Origin: Candidatus Poseidoniales archaeon
GTDB lineage: Archaea; Thermoplasmatota; Poseidoniia; Poseidoniales; Poseidoniaceae
Length of the DNA stretch: 64,000 bases
Reading direction: 5' to 3'
NCBI GenBank assembly: GCA_038116375.1
Contig: JAYNUQ010000006.1
Coordinates: forward strand, 5,176-69,175
Positions 12,061-19,200 of the stretch are shown piece after piece. A program made the position numbers and the translations under genes. The notes below the pieces were generated by a model. That model was given only the letters and a program-made list of their open reading frames with translations, searched no databases and had not been told where the DNA came from. Numbering within the stretch: position 1 is the stretch's first letter; each line of letters starts with the position of its first letter.

Positions 12061-12486
12061 ATGGAGGAGGTCACCGTATCCAACGACGTCAAGTCGTTGT
12101 GGAGATGGATCGGCGGCTCCGCATTCCTCGCTTCGATGTGTTGCTTCCCAAGCGTGGTCTTGGTCCTCTTTGGGTTGGCCAGCGTCTCCAGTGCTGCTGC
12201 ACTCTCCAACGACCTGTACTGGGGAACCAACGGCATGTGGTGGTTCCGGCCTTTGCTGACCTTCGCCAGTGCCGTATTGGTCGGTGCAGGGTTGGTGCTC
12301 TACTTCCGAAAAGACGGGATTTGCAGTCTCGATGAAGTCAAGCGCCAACGAAAACGCATCGTCAACACCTCGCTTCTGGTGTTGACGCTGAGCCTTATCA
12401 CCTACATCGTGTTCAATTTCATCATCCTTACTGAAATTGGCGTGGCCTTGAATCTCCCGTGGGAAAGCAGTCGCTTGTGGAATTGA
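12061..12486 (+). CDS. small 3-TM membrane protein with a Cys-Cys motif, MerT-like
   Basis: From the ATG at 12061, FLASMCCFPSVVLVLFGLA parallels the MerT first-helix CC motif (LASACCLGPLVL). A further Cys lies in the loop DGICSLDE. Function is not established. Confidence 0.45.
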   Translation: MEEVTVSNDVKSLWRWIGGSAFLASMCCFPSVVLVLFGLASVSSAAALSNDLYWGTNGMWWFRPLLTFASAVLVGAGLVLYFRKDGICSLDEVKRQRKRIVNTSLLVLTLSLITYIVFNFIILTEIGVALNLPWESSRLWN

Positions 12487-13251
12487 TCAGGCGCCACTGC
12501 GTTGGGTCTTGCAACCCACACCCCAGTCAGGCTGCTCTTCCATGGCACGTCGTGTTGCCTCAAGAAGTCGGTCTTCAGGGGTCGGTTTCTGGGGGTTTGC
12601 TGAGACCGTAGCAAGACTCAAATGATAGTCCATTTCCTTCCAATATTCCAATTGAATTTTCAAATTTTCAATTGAAATTTCGCCATCAGGACTTCCAGTT
12701 GAAATTTGAATATCCCTCGGGTTGAGATGCATCCCCTTTCCGAGGCATTTCTGGACCGCTTCTTTCCCCGTCCACATTCGGAAGACATCTTCAGGCGTGT
12801 TGCGAAGATGCTCAAGTTCGTGCCCTTTTGCCATCATGTCGTAGGCGTTCTCAGCCAGCTGACGCCCCAGAGGTTCTGCATCCAATCCCACGAGGAGGGC
12901 GGGGGGTGCGAGGGCCACGAAGGCCGTGCCGTGGCTATGAGAGATGGAGATGTTGGGCAGGGGTGTCCGTTTCCACACGCCCTGAATGAAGCGCAAGGAC
13001 GGCGCCCTGTACTCGTTACGCACAACTTCGATCACCGAGAGGTCGGACACGCCCTCCGTCTGCAAGGCCTTGCCCAACAACCATCGTCCTGTTAGGTGTT
13101 CGATTCTGCGTTTCTCGGTAGCGAACGTGGCGACTTCTTCCGCATGCGCCAACGGAACATCACCCACCCCCATGTTCCTCACCGGGGTTGAGAACACATG
13201 CACCGCCGTGTTCTTGAAAGCCGATAATCGCTCAAAAGGTGGCGCCTGCAT
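12487..13251 (-). CDS. Sfp-type 4'-phosphopantetheinyl transferase
   Basis: Motifs are ISISHSHG, VGLDAEPL and WTGKEAVQKCLGKG (the W/F-x-x-KE-A/S-x-x-K signature). The ATG at 13251 lies 10 nt after the synthase stop and is preceded by GAGG. An alternative ATG at 13293 would overlap the synthase by 32 nt. Confidence 0.85.
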   Translation of the reverse strand: MQAPPFERLSAFKNTAVHVFSTPVRNMGVGDVPLAHAEEVATFATEKRRIEHLTGRWLLGKALQTEGVSDLSVIEVVRNEYRAPSLRFIQGVWKRTPLPNISISHSHGTAFVALAPPALLVGLDAEPLGRQLAENAYDMMAKGHELEHLRNTPEDVFRMWTGKEAVQKCLGKGMHLNPRDIQISTGSPDGEISIENLKIQLEYWKEMDYHLSLATVSANPQKPTPEDRLLEATRRAMEEQPDWGVGCKTQRSGA

Positions 13252-13261
13252 GATGACAGCC

Positions 13262-16200
13262 TCATCGCTCAAGAGCAAAGCGCTGATGTTCATCGACCGT
13301 AGCCATGGCCTTCAGCCGAAGACCCTTGAGGGCCATGACAGGAGCATCGTCTTCGCCAACAATCAGGACATCATGCTCGGTGACACCGTCATCGAGCGAG
13401 CCTGTGTGTACGCTTCGGAGGCGGAGCACTTCGTCTGCATCGGGGACCCGGAGCATGGTTGACCAGCCAATGCCCACAGGGAGGCTGCTGTAGCCAAGCA
13501 GTTCCATGGCCACCAACCCAGCATTCTGGAATCCAGCTTCAATCAACATTGGAAGTGCTTCAAGAAGGACCTGCTCGCCTTCAGCCTCAAGCATGAATTG
13601 GTCGGTTGCAGGAAGTTGATGGCGCATCAGTGCACGACCGTCAATGCCCAAGCGTTCGCCTTCTCCCACACCGCGCAGAACACCCCCGTGGGATTGGAAT
13701 CGTGGGCCGTGGAAATATCGGTCGTAAATGAACGAAGCGGGATGCAGCAATTGACCTGGAGGTGGCGTTCCGATTTGAGGCAACTCGTCCACCTCACGCT
13801 GCAGGAACGGACAGAGGTCATCGCATTTTTCAACAAGGCGAACCAGTGCTTCGTGATGCTCTCGCTCTCCGAACACCTCACCCTTTGAATTTGCCAAGTC
13901 GGAAACCAATCGACATCGCACCCAGGTCAAGTCGTCTTCTGCTCGCTCCACGGTGACATCCACACGAACCGTCATGGGTCCTTTGAGCAGTTTGACGGGA
14001 AGGCCAAAGGTGACGTCTTCAAATCCTGCAAGGCACGTCGAAGGTCGCAGAAGAAGGGCCGACTGAGCAAACATCTCCAGCGCCATCACGCCAGGATGAT
14101 ACGGAACGCCCTCGATGGCGTGGTCCACCAAGAACGGATGGTCCTCAGTGGAAAGGGTCGACTGGGTCACCATGTGCTGTCCCTCTTCCAGTGAAAGCAC
14201 CTTATCGATGAAGGGGAAACGGGCCGGGTCCGCCATGGTGGCGGCCATGCTCGGGGGAAGCATGAGCGGGGCCTCGCGGAAGGAGGTGTGTTGGTCCATC
14301 AATCCCAGTGAACCGCAGCCGAGGACACGGCGCTTGCCTCCTCGCAAGGCTTCACCGACAAAGATCGAAACGCCATCCTCAACCGAGAGGGTCTCAATAC
14401 CAGCGGCTGCAAAGACCGCTTCAATGGACCCGCGTGTTGCCATACCGACATCCCTCCAGCCGGTCCATCCGATGGCGACGCCGCGGCAGCCCGTGGTGGC
14501 GGTCAGCCGAGCCATTTCAGCATCCAGCACGGAGTTGGCTGCGGCGTAATCGGTTTGGCCACCGTTGCCGAACCGTCCAGCCACGCTGGTGAAACAGCAG
14601 GCAAATTCAGGCACATCTCGCCCTGAAGCGTTCACGGCGGCCAGCAAGGCTCGCCACCCGTCGATTTTCACGCGAACCACGCGATCGAAGACATCGTAGT
14701 CTTTGTCGGCCACCAGTTTGGAATCTTCCAGACCTGCACCGTGAACAATGCCCGTGATGGGGCGTCCCAGCGACGCTCCGAGATCTTCAAGACCCTCCTG
14801 GTCCATGACATCAACCGAATGATAAGTGGCATGATTTCCTGTCTTTGCAATGGCATCCAGCGTGAGGTAAACGTCTCGACTTCGAGTGAAACGTTGCCAT
14901 GCTCGGTTCCATTCCACCATGGTCACCTTGCCGTTCTCGCTGGCTTCGACCAAGCGCTCTCGCAGGGCGTTCTTTTCGTCGGTGAGTTGAGCGTCGGACC
15001 AGTCAATCCACGACGCTGTTGACTCAATCAGCGTCGAACGCCCGAGGAGTTCGAAACGTGCGCCCGCTTTCGGACTGGCTTGAGCGACACCAATGATTGA
15101 AGCCGCCGTTACGCCTGAACCGCCACCGGAGACCAACCACGTGTCCTCAGCGGTCAAGGGTTGAATCTCGTCCACCAAATCCTCAGCAAAGGCGACAAGG
15201 GCCCATCGACGGCCGCCGATGTCGAGCCCAATTTCCACTTCACCTGCGAGGCCAAAGAGGTCCTCCTCAATCCGCTCGGCCGCCGCTGCATCGTCAAGGA
15301 TGAAGTCGGGGTGCAGGTCGAGGGCGCGACATCGAAGGTCTGGGCGCTCGAAGGCGTAGGATTTGGTTACCCCACTCGCAGCACATTGCAGTGCGTTGAA
15401 CCGGTCTCCCTTGTTGCCATGTCGTCCGTCAAGTGCAGTCACCGAAGCGACGATTCCTGATGCATCGGACGGGAGTGTTCCACCGAGTTCCTTGAGCAAT
15501 CCGAACCATCCGTGGGCGGCGAGCGCTATTTGCGAGGAGGGGTGAGCGTCTTCCATCCATTGTTCTGAGGCGAGTTTGAGGGGCGCCATGTGAACCAAAC
15601 CCGCGAGTTGGACACCGCTCAGTTGTTCGGCAATCCAGGCAAGATGTTCAGGTTGCTCCGGGTCGGCTCGAAGGACGGTCCGACCGCCTTCGTCTTGACT
15701 GGAAGCATCACGGATGCGGCTTTCAAACCCGATCCGAACCGCTTTGAGGCCTCGAGCCTCCATGCGTTGACAGAAGGCCTCTGCGATGCCCCAGCCATCA
15801 TCGGAGACGACCACGGTGCCCCTCGGTTGAATCGGTGCAGAAACGCCCGGGCAGGCCTCAATTTCAACCTGCCATCGTCGGGTGCCCTCGTGAGAGCTGA
15901 CCGCCTTGGTTGGTGTGCTGGCGTCAATTACGGATTCAGTCGGGTCGGATGCGGTGGGTTTGGATGAAACCTCACCGCCCTGCATCTTGACGATGTAGGC
16001 CGTAAAGTGGTTCAGCGTGGGATGGTCGGCCAAAACGAAATCTTCGTCAACAGGAAGGGCGAAACGGTCCCGGATTTCTGCCATGATTTCGGCTTGTTTC
16101 ACCGTATCAATGCCCAATTCGCCTTCGAGGTCTTGGTCCAACTCAATGAAGTCAGCTGGATAACCCGTGTGGTCGACCACCACCGAAATCAAAACGCCCT

Positions 16201-19200
16201 CAATGTCCGGATGGGTCCCTGACGTCGCTGCTGAAGGGGAAGGCGCGAGTGTTGCGGATGGTTCTGCAGGCGCAACGTGCTGGGGCGCAGGTGCTGGAGC
16301 GACCGTCTCGGTTGGAACGGGCGCACCACCGTCTTGCATGCGTTGGATGTAGCCAATCATGTGATTCAGTGTTGGATGGTCAGCGAGAACAAAGTCCTCG
16401 TCGAGGGGGAGACCGAACTTGTCACGGATGTCTGCCATGATTTCGGCTTGTTTTACCGTATCAATGCCCAACTCGCCTTCGAGGTCCTGGTCGAGTTCAA
16501 TGAAGTCGGCAGGATACCCAGTGTGGTCAACCACCACCTCAACCACAGCAGCGGTCATCGCAGCGTCGTCAACGGGTGCTGAAGGAGCGGTTGTCGAGGC
16601 CGGTGCAGGAGAGGCAGCCACCGGTGCGGGTGCTTCCGGAGCAGGGTCTGATGTTGCCGGTGCCACAGGCGCTGCGTTCGAGGGCGCTGGCGCTTCACCG
16701 CCCGTCATGTGTTGGATGTAGCCGATCATGTGGTTGAGGGTTGGATAGTCGGCGAGGACGAAATCCTCGTCAACGGGTAAGTTGAATTTCTCACGAATGT
16801 CTGCCATGATTTCGGCTTGCTTCACCGTGTCAATCCCCAATTCACCTTCGAGGTCTTGGTCAAGTTCAACAAAGTCCGCTGGATAACCCGTATGCTGAAC
16901 CACGACTTCAACCACCGTAGCGACCGTACCTTCGTCGTTGACGGTTGAGGCTGGTGCGGGCGCAGGAGCGGCTGGCGATGGGACCGGTGGAGTGGGTTCG
17001 GGCGCGGGGGCCGCTTGAGGTACAGGGGGCTCGGAGGTTGACGTAACCGAAGGCTTGCCTTCCCACGACTCGGTGATGGACCACGGTTCACCCTGGATGC
17101 CTCCGTGGAGGTTGTTTTCACCGTCAACATAGGCGACCAGTTTGTTCTGCAGCACCCGCATGACGACATCGTCGGTTCCCGCAAGGCCACGAGCCCAAGC
17201 CAACAACCTACCGCCGTCAATGCGGTCGCCATCAACGGGCCAACGTCGCATCAGAGACAACGCAATTTGAGAGCCAAATCCGGCCGCGAAGCGAAGACCG
17301 TATTCCAATTCGGGGTAGTCGCCTCCTGTTGAAAGATTCAGGTCGCCCAATTCAGGGTCCTTTTCCTTGTGATTGGCGATGGGTGGGATTCGCCGGGTTT
17401 TCAGACCGTAGAACATGCTCGCATCCTCGATGCCCACCGCCATCGGGTGCCCGGTGAACCCTTTCGTGTTGGCGATGACGAGACGATTGGTGGAGTCACC
17501 GAAGGTATCGCGCAGCGCCTTGACCTCGGATTGCGCCGAACCGCCTCGAGCGGGCGTGTAGGTTTCGTGAGAGAAAAAGACGGTATTGGGAGCCATGGCG
17601 TGGCGGTCAAGGCCCCAACGTCGCTCCATGTCGGTGATGAAGCCGTTCACGACCTGCCCGACGTGTTCAACGTCCAGCCGCGTACCGTGGTAGGCCGAGT
17701 TGGCCGTGGTGGAACCGAGGAATTCAGCGATGGGTTGTACACCACGTTGTTGCGCCTCTGAATGCCGTTCAACAACAAACGCCGCCGCACCCATGCCCAA
17801 AATTAGACCGTTTCGTCGTCGGTCAAACGGCAAGGCCGTTTCTTCAACCACGTTGTTTGTGGCCGCTGCACCTGAGGCTGCAAACCCACCTGCGATCCAC
17901 TCCCAGAGGTCATCACCGGTCACGTCGTCACCGCTGATGATGACCACACGGTCCACACGCCCTGCATCCAACCAATCTTCCGCCACGCCGAAAGCGGCGG
18001 TAGCAGAGGCACATGCCAGATTGATGGTGGTGTTCGGCCCACGGATGCCCGTGTATTGGGCGAATTGTGAATGGCCCATGTTGAGCGTTTGGAACAGATA
18101 GCGACGGTCGAACCGCCCCTCACCGTCGTCGCCGTTGTGTTTGGCGTGCTTGGAAGCCATCTGCAAACCTGGGAAACATGATGAGAAGACGATGCCGGTA
18201 CGTTCACGCTGAACTTGGGGCACCTGCCAGTTGCGAATCAAGCGCAATCCACCTTTCCCAATCTGCTCGACTGGGGTGAGCGGAATGCCAGCATCCCTCA
18301 GGGCCAAGAGCCCTGCTGCTACGGCAAGCTGAGTGCTGATGTCCCACGCCACGATGGCTTTCGGGTCAATGCCAAACTCTTCGGCCAGGTCAAAGGCGCC
18401 CTTGAGGCCCGCGAGTTGCGGTATATCGCCGAACACCGTCGCTTGGTCCATGTTGACCGAGCCGTCCCTGCCTTTGATGAGGCGGACGATGTTCTTGTCG
18501 AGCAACCGTTGCTTGTATTCATCGGAAACCTCACTGATGCACGTTTCACCACGAACAAGTTTCTCAAAGGCATCCTCTGAAAACACACGATCCATCCCTG
18601 GCAATCCAAGCGAGATTCCAGTGACCACGTACGGGTCAACATCCCGCTTCGAAGCAGGCTGAAGCATCGATACCGTCTGCACGGGAGCGGCCTTGAGGGT
18701 CGGTGGAGCCGACACGGGAGCCATGGGTGTCCACGAGGAAGGCGGCATGCGGACCCAACGAGCGAGGTCACCCGCCGTGACGGCGCCAGACCCGTCAAAT
18801 TCAGCATCCGTTTGGGCCTCAGAAGCGATGGTGGACACGACGCTCTGCACCTCTTCGGGCGAGAGGCCGAGGCCGGTTGTCAACGAGACATGGCCGTGGC
18901 AGAACGATGCAGGGTAGCCGCTGAACCGAGCAATTCGGTCGCCAACGTACGCTTTGATGGCTTGGTCCCTTGCATAGTCCGTATCCATGGGACCTGATTG
19001 AACGGCCACAGGTGCCGGTGCAGCAGTGGATACGCCGCTTCCAGGCAGAGGGCGCGCTCGAGTGCGCAGCGACTCCAAGGCCGCCGTTGAAGTGGTCGGC
19101 GACATCGGTGATGCGGTGCGGGCCTCAACGGGCCCTGCCTTGAACGCATCCTGAAGGGCATCGGAATCCAAGGCCGGCCACGACGGTGGGCGACCTGCGA

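Noticed and set aside
12640-12715. AT-rich patch with three 13-mer direct repeats (CAATTGAATTTTC / CAATTGAAATTTC / CAGTTGAAATTTG) and the palindrome TTCAATTGAA
   Set aside because: It lies in frame within the PPTase 3' region. It encodes a repetitive strand-like peptide (DIQIS..GEISIENLKIQLEYW), which explains the DNA repeats. There is no evidence for a separate element.
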